Origin: Syntrophomonadaceae bacterium
GTDB lineage: Bacteria; Bacillota; Syntrophomonadia; Syntrophomonadales; Syntrophomonadaceae
DNA: 64,000 bases
Direction of reading: 5' to 3'
NCBI GenBank assembly: GCA_028692415.1
Contig: JAQUXM010000002.1
Location: forward strand, 9,204 to 73,203
The notes beneath the pieces are model-generated. The model was not told the origin of the DNA. It searched no databases and saw only the letters and a program-made list of their open reading frames with translations. Position 1 is the stretch's first letter. Each line of letters starts with the position of its first letter. A program made the position numbers and the translations under genes. Shown one piece after another: positions 18,681-28,170 of this stretch.

Positions 18681-19683
18681 CTCCTCCGCCTCTGGCCACT
18701 ACGATTTCACCTGCATCTTCGAGACGACGAATTATGTTAACGATGCGCTGCTGCGCCTCCTCAACATCGCGCAATCTGACCGGACCCATAAATTGAATAT
18801 CCTCACGCAACATATCGGATGCCCGGCTGGACATGTTATGGAATATCTTCTGCGACACCTCGTTACTAGCTCCTTTCAAAGCCAGAGCGAGATCCTGAGA
18901 TTCGACTTCACGCAACACGCGCTGGATGGAACGATCATCAATCATTACAACATCTTCAAATACGAACATCAGTTTCTTGATTTCCTCAGCCAGTTCAGGA
19001 TCCTGTACTTCCAAAGACTCCATAATGGTCTTTTCAGTGGTCCTGTCAACCCGGTTTATAATCTCAACTACCGCCTTAACACCACCGGCAGCGGTAAGCT
19101 CTTGAGGCGCAATCGAGGACAGTTTTCGTTCTAAAATTCTTTCTACTTCCTTTATGACTTCGGGAGAAGTGGTATCCATTATCGCAATTCGCTTGGCCAC
19201 CTCAGACTGCCTTTCCGGAGGCAGAGCCCCAAGAATTATCGAGGCTTTTTCCGGTTCCAAATAAGCCAGAATCAGCGCTATAGTCTGAGGATGTTCGGAT
19301 TGTATGAAGTTCAACAAATGTGAAGGCTCCGTCTTACGTATGAAGTCAAAAGGTCTAACCTGCAGCGAGGAAGAAATCCTGCCTATAATCTCATTGGTTT
19401 TTTCTACCCCATAGGCTTTTTCCAGAACCTCTTTGGCATAATCAATACCGCCCTGCCCGATAAACTGAGTGGCTATGCACATTTCATAAAACTCGTGGTA
19501 AATATCATCCATTTTTTCCGTAGGGACCTGGCGAACGTTGGCTATCTCCAGGGTTATTTGCTCTATCTCTTCTTCATTCATATGATGGAACAACTTGGCC
19601 GATTTTTCAGGACCTAAAAAAATTAATAAGTTGGCGGCTTTTTGTTTACCATTAAGCCCGCTTTTAATTGCCACTATGTTCAC
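18664..19683 (-). CDS. fliG: Flagellar motor switch protein FliG
   Basis: 339 aa with a conserved FliG C-terminal region (MFVFEDVVMIDDRSIQRVLREV...). Confidence 0.95.
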   Translation of the reverse strand: MNIVAIKSGLNGKQKAANLLIFLGPEKSAKLFHHMNEEEIEQITLEIANVRQVPTEKMDDIYHEFYEMCIATQFIGQGGIDYAKEVLEKAYGVEKTNEIIGRISSSLQVRPFDFIRKTEPSHLLNFIQSEHPQTIALILAYLEPEKASIILGALPPERQSEVAKRIAIMDTTSPEVIKEVERILERKLSSIAPQELTAAGGVKAVVEIINRVDRTTEKTIMESLEVQDPELAEEIKKLMFVFEDVVMIDDRSIQRVLREVESQDLALALKGASNEVSQKIFHNMSSRASDMLREDIQFMGPVRLRDVEEAQQRIVNIIRRLEDAGEIVVARGGGDEVIV

Positions 19684-19685
19684 CT

Positions 19686-21326
19686 CTATTCATCGCCTAA
19701 CCAGACTCTAAGTGCCTGGGCCGCAGTTTCGGGATGCTCATTAATGATTCGTTCAATTTCTTCTTTGATACGACGTTTTTCTTTCTCTTCGGCTGACAAT
19801 CCGGCATCAATCAAATCCTCAACCCTAATCTCTTCTTCAACAATGGATTCAAAGGCTGCCATTGCTTCCTCTTCGGCTTTCTGTTTAGCCAGCATAGCAG
19901 CCTGCCGGCGCTTCATTAAGAACCCGGCCAGCAATCCAATGAGTAGTGCTAAAAGTGCTATGATCCAAGGTGTTAATGGTGACTGCAATACCTTATCCAT
20001 GGTACCCTGGGCAGATGCCGGAACCGGTTCGGTTACAAAATCGACAAAAGCGACTGATATGTTATCCTCCAGGCGGACGCTTTCATTGTCGCGATTTTCT
20101 CTCAGGCCACAGGCAGTTGCCACAATATTCCGTATCTTTTCAACCTTTGCCTCTTCAGTCTCTCCTATATTGGCATTTTCTGTGCCTTTATTGTTAACCA
20201 AAACGGCTACGGTCAGATAGTCATATTTAACTTCTCCCTGGGCCATTTTGGTTGAAGTCTCAGTTTTGTTGAGTTCATAATTTCTTATTTTGCTGCTTTT
20301 ATCATAACTCGAATTTCCCGTTCCATTCGTATCGGCTTCCTGGTACTGCGGGATATTGGTATCGGTTCCGGGAACTGCCGCATTATTCGTAGTCGTATCG
20401 GTACCCGATTCCTTCTTGATTTCTTCGCTGCGGACGAAAGGCCCTTTATCATCATGAGTGTATTTCTCGTCGGTCTGTTCTTGATTATCGAAGTTTAAAT
20501 CGGCATTGACACGCACCACGGAGTTGTCTTTGCCCAAGCTTTTGTCCAGCATACTCTGGATGGCTTCCTGTTTCTCCTTTTCGAACTGCTTTTTCATATC
20601 CATCTGGATTCTCATAATAGCAGTGGCATCACCCTCAGGATCGGGCAAGTTATCAGATATTAAATTCCCCCCCTGGTCAACAATAACTACATTTTCCGCG
20701 GTGAGATTTTCAACACTATTGGCTACCAGGTTAATTATTCCCTGTATCTCTTTGGGCGAAAGCTTCTCGCCTTCTTTGGTATTAACCACTACCGATGCCT
20801 TGGGCAATTCCTCATTATCAGAATATAAAGTCGGCTCCGGAAGTGCCAAATTAACCTTGGCCGCCTTAACCTTGTCCAGACTCTGAATGCTCCGGGCAAG
20901 CTCTCCCTGAAGTGCCATCTGGTATTTTACCTTCTTATCGGTTTGGGTCTCGCCAAAATTACTTTCCTGGAAGAGTTCAAAGCCAGTTTCTCCCCGGGGC
21001 AGGTTTTCGCTGGCCAGTTGCAAGCGGGTCTTATCTTTGACTTCGGGGGAGACAAGAATGGTCGTACCGCTATCTCCGAGTTTATAGGCTATTTTTTCCT
21101 CGTCTAATTTAGCAATAATCGCAGATGCATCCTTTTTGTCCAGTTCGGTATATAAAACCTCATAAGCTGTTTTTGAACCGGTACTTAATGCCAGAATAAC
21201 AACAGCCGTAATTATTAATAAAGCTGCAGCTCCAAAAAGCACTTTTTGATTTAAACTGAGGTTTGTCCAGGCTTCCTTAATTCGCACACCCGTTTGCCTG
21301 ACGTTGTTTACAAAAGTCTCCATCAT
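19686..21326 (-). CDS. fliF: Flagellar MS-ring protein FliF
   Basis: 546 aa with TM helices near the N-terminus and about residue 450. Located between fliE and fliG. Confidence 0.9.
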   Translation of the reverse strand: MMETFVNNVRQTGVRIKEAWTNLSLNQKVLFGAAALLIITAVVILALSTGSKTAYEVLYTELDKKDASAIIAKLDEEKIAYKLGDSGTTILVSPEVKDKTRLQLASENLPRGETGFELFQESNFGETQTDKKVKYQMALQGELARSIQSLDKVKAAKVNLALPEPTLYSDNEELPKASVVVNTKEGEKLSPKEIQGIINLVANSVENLTAENVVIVDQGGNLISDNLPDPEGDATAIMRIQMDMKKQFEKEKQEAIQSMLDKSLGKDNSVVRVNADLNFDNQEQTDEKYTHDDKGPFVRSEEIKKESGTDTTTNNAAVPGTDTNIPQYQEADTNGTGNSSYDKSSKIRNYELNKTETSTKMAQGEVKYDYLTVAVLVNNKGTENANIGETEEAKVEKIRNIVATACGLRENRDNESVRLEDNISVAFVDFVTEPVPASAQGTMDKVLQSPLTPWIIALLALLIGLLAGFLMKRRQAAMLAKQKAEEEAMAAFESIVEEEIRVEDLIDAGLSAEEKEKRRIKEEIERIINEHPETAAQALRVWLGDE

Positions 21327-21346
21327 CTAACTCCCTAAAACAAATT

Positions 21347-21670
21347 CTACATTTGTATGCGCATTAAGTCCTGATAGGCTTCCACAATCTTATTCCTCAC
21401 CTCAACCGTTAGTTGCAGGGCCAGATTTGCCTTTTCATAGGCCAGCATCGTATTATGTAAATAAGTCTCATCACCCAGAGCAAGTTTTTCGGCACTTGCA
21501 GCGGCTTCGTTCTGCAAATCATTTACTTCTGACAAAGCGTTCTTGAGATAGCCAAAAAATCCACCCTCACTGGTATTCTGAGTTTCAGCGACATTGACTT
21601 GTGCATCTTTTTGCACAAGCCCTGCTGCTCCCGCCATATGCCTGATATCCGTTGCGCCCAATTTCATCAA
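21347..21670 (-). CDS. fliE: Flagellar hook-basal body protein FliE
   Basis: 107 aa with a typical FliE C-terminus (LALQLTVEVRNKIVEAYQDLMRIQM). Confidence 0.85.
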   Translation of the reverse strand: MMKLGATDIRHMAGAAGLVQKDAQVNVAETQNTSEGGFFGYLKNALSEVNDLQNEAAASAEKLALGDETYLHNTMLAYEKANLALQLTVEVRNKIVEAYQDLMRIQM

Positions 21671-21680
21671 ATATCCTCCC

Positions 21681-22145
21681 CTACCTTCCTATCTCTAAAG
21701 CTCTGGCCGCCATGCTCTTGCTGGCTTCGATTACCTTCGCATTAGCCTCATAGGCCCTTGTGGAGGATATCATATTAATCATCTCTTCGACAATATTAAC
21801 ATTGGGATAATTGACATAACCTTGTTCATCAGCCTCCGGGTGAGAGGGCTCATAGACCTTGCGAAAAGGTGCTTCATTCTCATTCAAAGCCCTGATTTCC
21901 TTAACCCGCACCCCGGTTCCCACCGTCTTCGCCTTGGCCTCTTCATCCAAAATGTCCTTGAATTTACGTGCCGAGGGCTGAACCCCGCGGGCTTCAAACA
22001 ATACTATCTGGCGGCGGTATGGCCCTTGACCGTTTGCTACTTGGGTTGTCTCAACATTAGCCATGTTGTTGGCTATGGTATCCATCCTGAGGCGCTGCGC
22101 CGTCAGCCCTGAAGCACTTATATCAATACTGTCCAAAAAACCCAA
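21681..22145 (-). CDS. flgC: Flagellar basal-body rod protein FlgC
   Basis: Contains SASGLTAQRLRMDTIANNMANVETT and a C-terminal YEANAKVIEASKSM. Confidence 0.9.
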   Translation of the reverse strand: MGFLDSIDISASGLTAQRLRMDTIANNMANVETTQVANGQGPYRRQIVLFEARGVQPSARKFKDILDEEAKAKTVGTGVRVKEIRALNENEAPFRKVYEPSHPEADEQGYVNYPNVNIVEEMINMISSTRAYEANAKVIEASKSMAARALEIGR

Positions 22146-22152
22146 AGTCCCT

Positions 22153-22599
22153 TTACCCCCTTCCAGTTATGGCCATTCTTAATAAACGAATCTCATTGCT
22201 CATACTCTGGCCAAGTGCGTCGTAGTTGATTTTGTTCTTGGTGTTTTTGGCCATTTCAATATCAATATCAACATTATTTTCATCATTTCTGAAACTGAGG
22301 TCTTCCAAAAGTCTGGTTTCAGGCTGAAAATCCTCCAGTCTCTTCCCATCATTCTCCCCCACTATCTGCATATGCTTGGAATGGGTTGTAGCCAGCTTGC
22401 CAGAATGCGGTTCATTGTCATTTTCCAACAATTTTTTTATATTTTCTTCAAAAACAACCTCGCTGCGCTTGAACTTGGGAGTACTCACATTAGCTATGTT
22501 ATTGGCTATAACATCATTTCTTAAGCTAGCTGCATCCATGGCTTTATTCAATAATACATTGGTTTTAGAGTCAAAAATTTTCTCCAGCAAGTGTATCAC
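22153..22599 (-). CDS. flgB: Flagellar basal-body rod protein FlgB (start uncertain; the TTG at 22590 has better SD spacing)
   Basis: Contains RNDVIANNIANVSTPKFKR. It is the first gene of the operon. Confidence 0.85.
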   Translation of the reverse strand: MIHLLEKIFDSKTNVLLNKAMDAASLRNDVIANNIANVSTPKFKRSEVVFEENIKKLLENDNEPHSGKLATTHSKHMQIVGENDGKRLEDFQPETRLLEDLSFRNDENNVDIDIEMAKNTKNKINYDALGQSMSNEIRLLRMAITGRG

Positions 22600-22817
22600 C
22601 CCTAATAAAATTTCAGACCTGATTTAATTTCTATTTTTTTCACATAATTCCTTCTTTAAAAAACTGTTGTTAATATTTGTTATTTTATTAGCCTATTTCG
22701 GAGAATTTGTTTCTTAATAGTTTTCCAGCAGGAATCTCTTTTAACAATATCCTCCCATTTTCTATAGTTCTACCTCAATTTCTAATATCCTTCTATATAC
22801 AATAAAATCATTTAAAC

Positions 22818-22848
22818 ATAAAAAAGACTGACCGTATAGTCAGTCTTT
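22818..22848 (-). terminator. Rho-independent terminator 277 nt downstream of the codY stop codon
   Basis: Minus strand reads AGACUGAC-UAUACG-GUCAGUCU followed by UUUUUU. Confidence 0.6.
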
Positions 22849-23124
22849 AGTCCTACAACTAATTGGTTTATTTGACACGTCAAGTATTATTAACCTGATT
22901 ATGGAAGGAATAGCCTTTTAGCCTGAACCTTTTAGCATATTAACCATCGATACCCATAGTATTTAGTTCGTAGCATACTCTATACCCAGCCTGCAGATAT
23001 AAGATCTGCCTCATGCATCAATAATCAGCAGCCGGGACAGGTAATCCGTAACGAAAAATTTAATACCTGAGGCATATGGTGCAACAGACTCCCTATCCCT
23101 AATGCGTCACTTCACACTTTCCAA

Positions 23125-23913
23125 TTAGGCATTATTTCTTAATTCTTCAAATAGAAAGTCATTCAAAACCTTGATATAAGTTCCTTTCATTCCCAGTGAT
23201 CTTGATTCAATAACCCCGGCGCTCTCAAATTTCCGCAGCGCACTAACGATAACTGAACGAGTAATACCAACCTTATCGGCAATGCGGCTGGCTACTAAAA
23301 GTCCTTCCTTACCATTAAGTTCGGCCATGATATGATCAATCGCTTCTTTCTCGGAATATGACAAAGTAGCCAGAGCGATTTGTACCGATGCTCTTTTTCT
23401 GGCTTCTTCTTCAATACGCTCGGTTCTGATACGCATTATTTCATTCGCCATAACAATGGCACCATATTCAATCAGTACAATATCCTCGTCACTAAAGCCC
23501 AGGTTCTCACGCATAAGTATCAAGGTTCCGATACGCCTGGCGCCTCCAAATACTGGAGTAATTGACCAGATGCGCGTTGAACAATTGCAGTTGATATTAT
23601 TGGTATTGAACAGACACTTGCGTCCATCCTTGAAAACTATATTGGTCTGGGTTTCATAAATATTCAATAATTCCTGGTTAAAACTTTCCGGAAAACGTTC
23701 CGCATGATTTTTTAATTCTTCAATCTGATCACATATTGCTCCTTCACTAAAGGCATAGCCTCCTATTTGCCCTCTCCTGCCCACAATAAAAACCGTACAT
23801 TCCAAATTCCTGGACAGTACTTCGGCTATTTCAAAAAAATCAACCGGATGCCCCGCAATCTTCTGTAGTATTTTGTTAATTGATCGAGATTTTTCTAATA
23901 AAGATCTTGGCAT
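23125..23913 (-). CDS. codY: GTP/BCAA-sensing global regulator CodY
   Basis: 262 aa with a GAF-like N-terminal region and a C-terminal winged HTH (ASRIADKVGITRSVIVSALRKFESAGVIESRSLGMKGT). Confidence 0.95.
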   Translation of the reverse strand: MPRSLLEKSRSINKILQKIAGHPVDFFEIAEVLSRNLECTVFIVGRRGQIGGYAFSEGAICDQIEELKNHAERFPESFNQELLNIYETQTNIVFKDGRKCLFNTNNINCNCSTRIWSITPVFGGARRIGTLILMRENLGFSDEDIVLIEYGAIVMANEIMRIRTERIEEEARKRASVQIALATLSYSEKEAIDHIMAELNGKEGLLVASRIADKVGITRSVIVSALRKFESAGVIESRSLGMKGTYIKVLNDFLFEELRNNA

Positions 23914-23924
23914 TCAATCACCTC

Positions 23925-25346
23925 CTATAAAATATATCTGCTAAGGTCATCGTTTTCAACGATGTCCTTCAACCTTTGGGAAACATAATTGACATCAATA
24001 CTAACCTCTTGTCCCGCCATAGATGGAGCTTCGAAAAGAAGATCTTCCAGCACCTTTTCCATGACTGTGTGTAAACGGCGGGCACCTATATTCTCGGTTC
24101 TGCTGTTTACTTCAAAAGCTATTTCAGCGATATAATCTACCGCTTCGGGGGTAAAACTAATTATCAGGTTCTCAGTGGACAGTAACGCCTTATATTGTTT
24201 AAGCAGGGAATTGTGGGGTTCACTAAGTATTCTCTGCAAATCATTGCGAGTAAGGCTTTCCAATTCCACCCTAATAGGGAACCTCCCTTGTAATTCAGGG
24301 ATTAAATCAGACGGTTTGCTTATGTGAAATGCTCCTGCAGCTATAAACAGAACATGATCTGTTTTAGCCGGGCCATGTTTGGTAACTACCGTGGAACCTT
24401 CTACAATAGGCAAAATATCTCGCTGCACACCTCCCCGGGAAACATCAGGACCATAGCTGTTGCCCTGACCTGCAATCTTATCTATCTCATCAAGAAAAAC
24501 AATCCCATCTTCTTCAACCCGTTTAATTGCTTCCCGGCGGATTTCATCCATATCCAGCAAAGCCTGGCTTTCCTCCTGGGTCAAAATTCTCCGGGCTTCC
24601 TCCAATCTTACTTTACGTTTCTTTTTGTTTTTGGGCAGAATATTACCCAGCATATCTTGAAGATTAATCCCCATTTCCTCAACCCCGGAACCTGAAATTA
24701 TTTCCATAAAAGAGGGGTTTTTTTCTTCCACATCTATCTCAATTATTTCGTCCTCCAACTCCAGGCGGGAGATTTTTTGTTTAATGATCTTTCTCTGTTC
24801 TTTTATTTCATGGGTGCGCCTGTCTTGCTCCTCATCCATGTCATTCGAATCCTGCCCTTGCCCTAATAAAAATTCGAAGGGATTTTTTACACTTTTATTT
24901 TTTTTCGCAGGCAAAGGAAGTACGTATTCAACCAGGCGCTCTTCCGCCAACTCGCGGCCCTTTGCCTCCACGCTTTCCATTTTCTCCTGTTTAACCATGC
25001 GGATGGAGGTTTCCACCAGATCCCGGATGATTGAATCAACATCACGACCTACATAACCTACTTCGGTAAACTTACTGGCTTCCACTTTTATAAACGGGGC
25101 TTTAACCAGCTTGGCCAAACGCCGCGCTATTTCTGTTTTTCCTACCCCAGTTGAGCCAATCATGATTATGTTTTTAGGATATATTTCTTCGCTAATTTCC
25201 GGAGGCAGTTGTTTTCTGCGGTATCTGTTCCTTAATGCAATGGATACCGCTTTTTTAGCATCCTTTTGCCCGACAATATACTTATCCAACTCTTCAATAA
25301 TCTCTTTTGGTGTTAAATTGTGCAAATTATGAATCTCCTTTGTCAT
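23925..25346 (-). CDS. hslU: ATP-dependent protease ATPase subunit HslU
   Basis: Walker A motif [15 protein letters not shown], Walker B motif [10 protein letters not shown], and the HslU I-domain insertion. Confidence 0.95.
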   Translation of the reverse strand: MTKEIHNLHNLTPKEIIEELDKYIVGQKDAKKAVSIALRNRYRRKQLPPEISEEIYPKNIIMIGSTGVGKTEIARRLAKLVKAPFIKVEASKFTEVGYVGRDVDSIIRDLVETSIRMVKQEKMESVEAKGRELAEERLVEYVLPLPAKKNKSVKNPFEFLLGQGQDSNDMDEEQDRRTHEIKEQRKIIKQKISRLELEDEIIEIDVEEKNPSFMEIISGSGVEEMGINLQDMLGNILPKNKKKRKVRLEEARRILTQEESQALLDMDEIRREAIKRVEEDGIVFLDEIDKIAGQGNSYGPDVSRGGVQRDILPIVEGSTVVTKHGPAKTDHVLFIAAGAFHISKPSDLIPELQGRFPIRVELESLTRNDLQRILSEPHNSLLKQYKALLSTENLIISFTPEAVDYIAEIAFEVNSRTENIGARRLHTVMEKVLEDLLFEAPSMAGQEVSIDVNYVSQRLKDIVENDDLSRYIL

Positions 25347-25348
25347 TT

Positions 25349-25882
25349 TTATTCAATAACTTCCACCGAAATATGCTCATTGGTATATATACAAATATCA
25401 GACGCTATTTTTAAGGACTCGACAGCTATTGCTGCTGCAGGCATTTCCGTGAACTTGCTTAAAGCGCGCGCGGCCGCGAGCGCATACGCTCCCCCTGAGC
25501 CAATGGCGGTTATGCCATCATCGGGTTCAATCAGTTCACCATTACCGGAAATAATAAACATCTTCTCACTATCAGCAACAATCAACAGGGCTTCCAGTTT
25601 CCGCAATACCCGATCCGATCTCCATTCCTTGGCTATCTCAACCGCTGCTTTGGTAAGATTCCCCCCGGCTTGCTTGAGTTTCTCTTCAAATTTGGCAAAA
25701 AGGGTAAAAGCATCAGCAACTGCACCGGCAAAACCTGCTACTACTCTTCCTTCATAGAGTCTTCTAATTTTTTTGGCTTTGTGCTTCATCACGATATTTT
25801 GCCCAAAGGTTACTTGCCCATCGCCGGCAATGGCAGTCTGACTTCCTTTTTTTACGGCTACTATGGTTGTAGCTTCAAACAT
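25349..25882 (-). CDS. hslV: ATP-dependent protease subunit HslV (the track ORF extends to 25912)
   Basis: [11 protein letters not shown]-terminus carrying the catalytic Thr. GGAGGT lies 6 nt upstream of the ATG at 25882. Confidence 0.9.
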   Translation of the reverse strand: MFEATTIVAVKKGSQTAIAGDGQVTFGQNIVMKHKAKKIRRLYEGRVVAGFAGAVADAFTLFAKFEEKLKQAGGNLTKAAVEIAKEWRSDRVLRKLEALLIVADSEKMFIISGNGELIEPDDGITAIGSGGAYALAAARALSKFTEMPAAAIAVESLKIASDICIYTNEHISVEVIE

Positions 25883-25886
25883 AACT

Positions 25887-26795
25887 CTACCTCCGTGGGT
25901 GATTTTTATCAAAAACGTTCTTTATATTCTCCCGGGTAAGATGGGTATATATCTGGGTGGTTGACAGTTTCACATGCCCCAGCAATTCCTGCACTGAGCG
26001 CAGATCAGCTCCCCCGTTCAATAAATGGGTGGCAAAAGAATGCCTTAGGGTATGGGGGCTGATTTTTTGATTCAAAGCAATATCTTCCACATATTTATTT
26101 AAAATAGTTCTTACACTCCGTGCCGATAAGCGATTGCCAAAACGGTTCAAAAAAACCGCTCTGGTAGTACGCTCTGGTTTTCCCAGTAAAAGCCTGCCCT
26201 TATCAATATACATAGTCAAGGCATCTCTCGCCTTGCTCCCCAGCGGTACAATTCTTTCCTTTTGTCCTTTTCCCCTGACTTTTATAAAACCTTCTGCAAA
26301 ATCCAGATCCTTAATATCCAGACCTACCAGTTCGCTTACGCGCAAACCTGCTGCATATAGCGTTTCCAAAATGGCTTTATCTCTTTTCCCGGAAGCGGTT
26401 GACAAGTCGGGAGCAGCCATCAGCAGGTTAATCTCGGGGGAATAAAGAAATTTAGGCAGTTTTTTGTCCCGTTTAGGTGTTGAGACTGCAGCAATGGGAT
26501 TACCCGCCAAGATGTTCTCCCGGCACAAGAACCTCACAAAAGAACGCAAAGCGGCCAGCTTCCTGGCCATGGTAGAACGACTTAAACCCTTCTCCTGCAT
26601 ATAAGTAAGATATTCTCTGACCGAACGGTGATTCAGTAACTCGTTGTTGATCTCTTCTTTCGGAAGAGAATATTTGGAAGAAAGAAAATTAAAAAACTGA
26701 GCTAAATCAGTTTTGTAACCGAGCAATGTTAAGTTAGTGGCACTTTTTTCAACCCGCAAATGACTTAAGAAACCATCTATATGTTGAAAAAGCAC
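25887..26795 (-). CDS. xerC: Tyrosine recombinase XerC (CodV-like)
   Basis: Catalytic signature [12 protein letters not shown] ... [14 protein letters not shown]. Located upstream of hslVU as in Bacillus. Confidence 0.9.
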   Translation of the reverse strand: MLFQHIDGFLSHLRVEKSATNLTLLGYKTDLAQFFNFLSSKYSLPKEEINNELLNHRSVREYLTYMQEKGLSRSTMARKLAALRSFVRFLCRENILAGNPIAAVSTPKRDKKLPKFLYSPEINLLMAAPDLSTASGKRDKAILETLYAAGLRVSELVGLDIKDLDFAEGFIKVRGKGQKERIVPLGSKARDALTMYIDKGRLLLGKPERTTRAVFLNRFGNRLSARSVRTILNKYVEDIALNQKISPHTLRHSFATHLLNGGADLRSVQELLGHVKLSTTQIYTHLTRENIKNVFDKNHPRR

Positions 26796-26852
26796 AGGAA
26801 TCCCCTCAACTTTCTATACTATAAAAAAAATGCTATCATAAGACTAGCCAGT

Positions 26853-28169
26853 TCACAAGTGTTCTTGCAACAATTCTGAAAATTCTTGCATTTCATTCAA
26901 CGCCCGGTTGCTATACTCAAGATAACGCTTCTGTTTATCTTTAATTCTCTTTGCCAAAGGAGGTAATAATCCAAAATTGGCGTTTATCGGTTGAAAGTGC
27001 TCACTGCTGGAAGTCGTTATAAAATGGAGTAAAGCCCCCAGCATGGTGGCTTGGTCTGGAACCAGCACTTGGCTGTTCCTGGCTGTTCGGGCGGCGTTGA
27101 TACCGGCAATAATTCCGGTAGCTGCTGACTCCATATACCCTTCAACTCCGGTAATTTGTCCCGCCAGGAATACTCGCGGCTCTTGACGCAGCTGCAAACC
27201 AGCCCCAAGTAATCTGGGACTGTTCACATAGGTATTACGGTGCATTACCCCATATCTTACAAACTCAGCATTCTCCAATCCGGGAATAAGCTGGAAAATC
27301 TGCTTTTGCTCACCCCAACGCAGGCGGGTTTGAAAACCTACCAGCCCATAGATAGTCCCGGCCAGATCTTCCTGCCGGAGTTGTACAACTGCATAGGGTC
27401 TGCCTCCTTGCCGGGGGTCGTCCAAACCGACCGGGCGCATCGGTCCATAGCGCAGCGTATCCTTACCGCGACTGGCTATTTCCTCCACCGGCATACAGGA
27501 ATCAAAATAATGCTTGCGATCAATATTGTGTGCTTCTTTAATATCTGCCTTGATCAGACTGTCATAAAATCGTTCATATTCTTCCTGGTTCAGCGGACAG
27601 TTTAGATAATCATCACTGCCTTTGCCATAGCGGGAAGCCCGGTAAATTTTATTCATATCCAAACTGTCAATCGTTACACTGGGTGCTACTGCATCATAAA
27701 AAAACAAGCTGTCCTCACCGGTAAACTTTGCCAGGCTGACACTCAAAGCTTCCGATGTGAGCGGTCCGGTAGCAACTACCCAGATCCCTTCGGCGGGTAT
27801 TTCACCGACTTCTTCACGAATAACTTCTATTCGCGGATGGCCTGAAATCCTTTCACTAACCAGGTTCGAAAACAACTCCCGGTCCACTGCCAGTGCCGAC
27901 CCGGCCGGCACGCGGGTTTCTTCGGCACAGGAAAGCAGCAATGAATCAAGTATTCTCATCTCGCGCTTCAAGAGCCCTTGAGAGGTCTGTTCCAACTCTG
28001 ATTTAAGTGAGTTGCTGCATACCAGTTCAGCCAGATTGGCAGTTCTGTGTACCGGGGTATTTTGACCGGGCCGCATCTCCCAGAGTTTTACCTTGATGCC
28101 TTCCTGGGCAATGCGATAGGCTGCTTCACAACCCGCTAACCCGCCCCCAATCACATTAATTGCTTGCAA
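26853..28169 (-). CDS. trmFO: Folate-dependent tRNA (m5U54) methyltransferase TrmFO (Gid)
   Basis: N-terminal FAD-binding motif VIGGGLAGCEAA, 438 aa. Located between topA and xerC. Confidence 0.9.
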   Translation of the reverse strand: MQAINVIGGGLAGCEAAYRIAQEGIKVKLWEMRPGQNTPVHRTANLAELVCSNSLKSELEQTSQGLLKREMRILDSLLLSCAEETRVPAGSALAVDRELFSNLVSERISGHPRIEVIREEVGEIPAEGIWVVATGPLTSEALSVSLAKFTGEDSLFFYDAVAPSVTIDSLDMNKIYRASRYGKGSDDYLNCPLNQEEYERFYDSLIKADIKEAHNIDRKHYFDSCMPVEEIASRGKDTLRYGPMRPVGLDDPRQGGRPYAVVQLRQEDLAGTIYGLVGFQTRLRWGEQKQIFQLIPGLENAEFVRYGVMHRNTYVNSPRLLGAGLQLRQEPRVFLAGQITGVEGYMESAATGIIAGINAARTARNSQVLVPDQATMLGALLHFITTSSSEHFQPINANFGLLPPLAKRIKDKQKRYLEYSNRALNEMQEFSELLQEHL

Positions 28170-28170
28170 T

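Noticed and set aside
18376-19134. 252-aa plus-strand ORF, and many similar 60-190-aa plus-strand ORFs across the flagellar and dcw genes (for example 8156..8746, 19642..20220, 9459..9959)
   Set aside because: All are antisense to well-supported conserved genes. They are Ser/Leu/Ile-rich and lack ribosome-binding sites. They are typical shadow ORFs of AT-moderate coding sequence.
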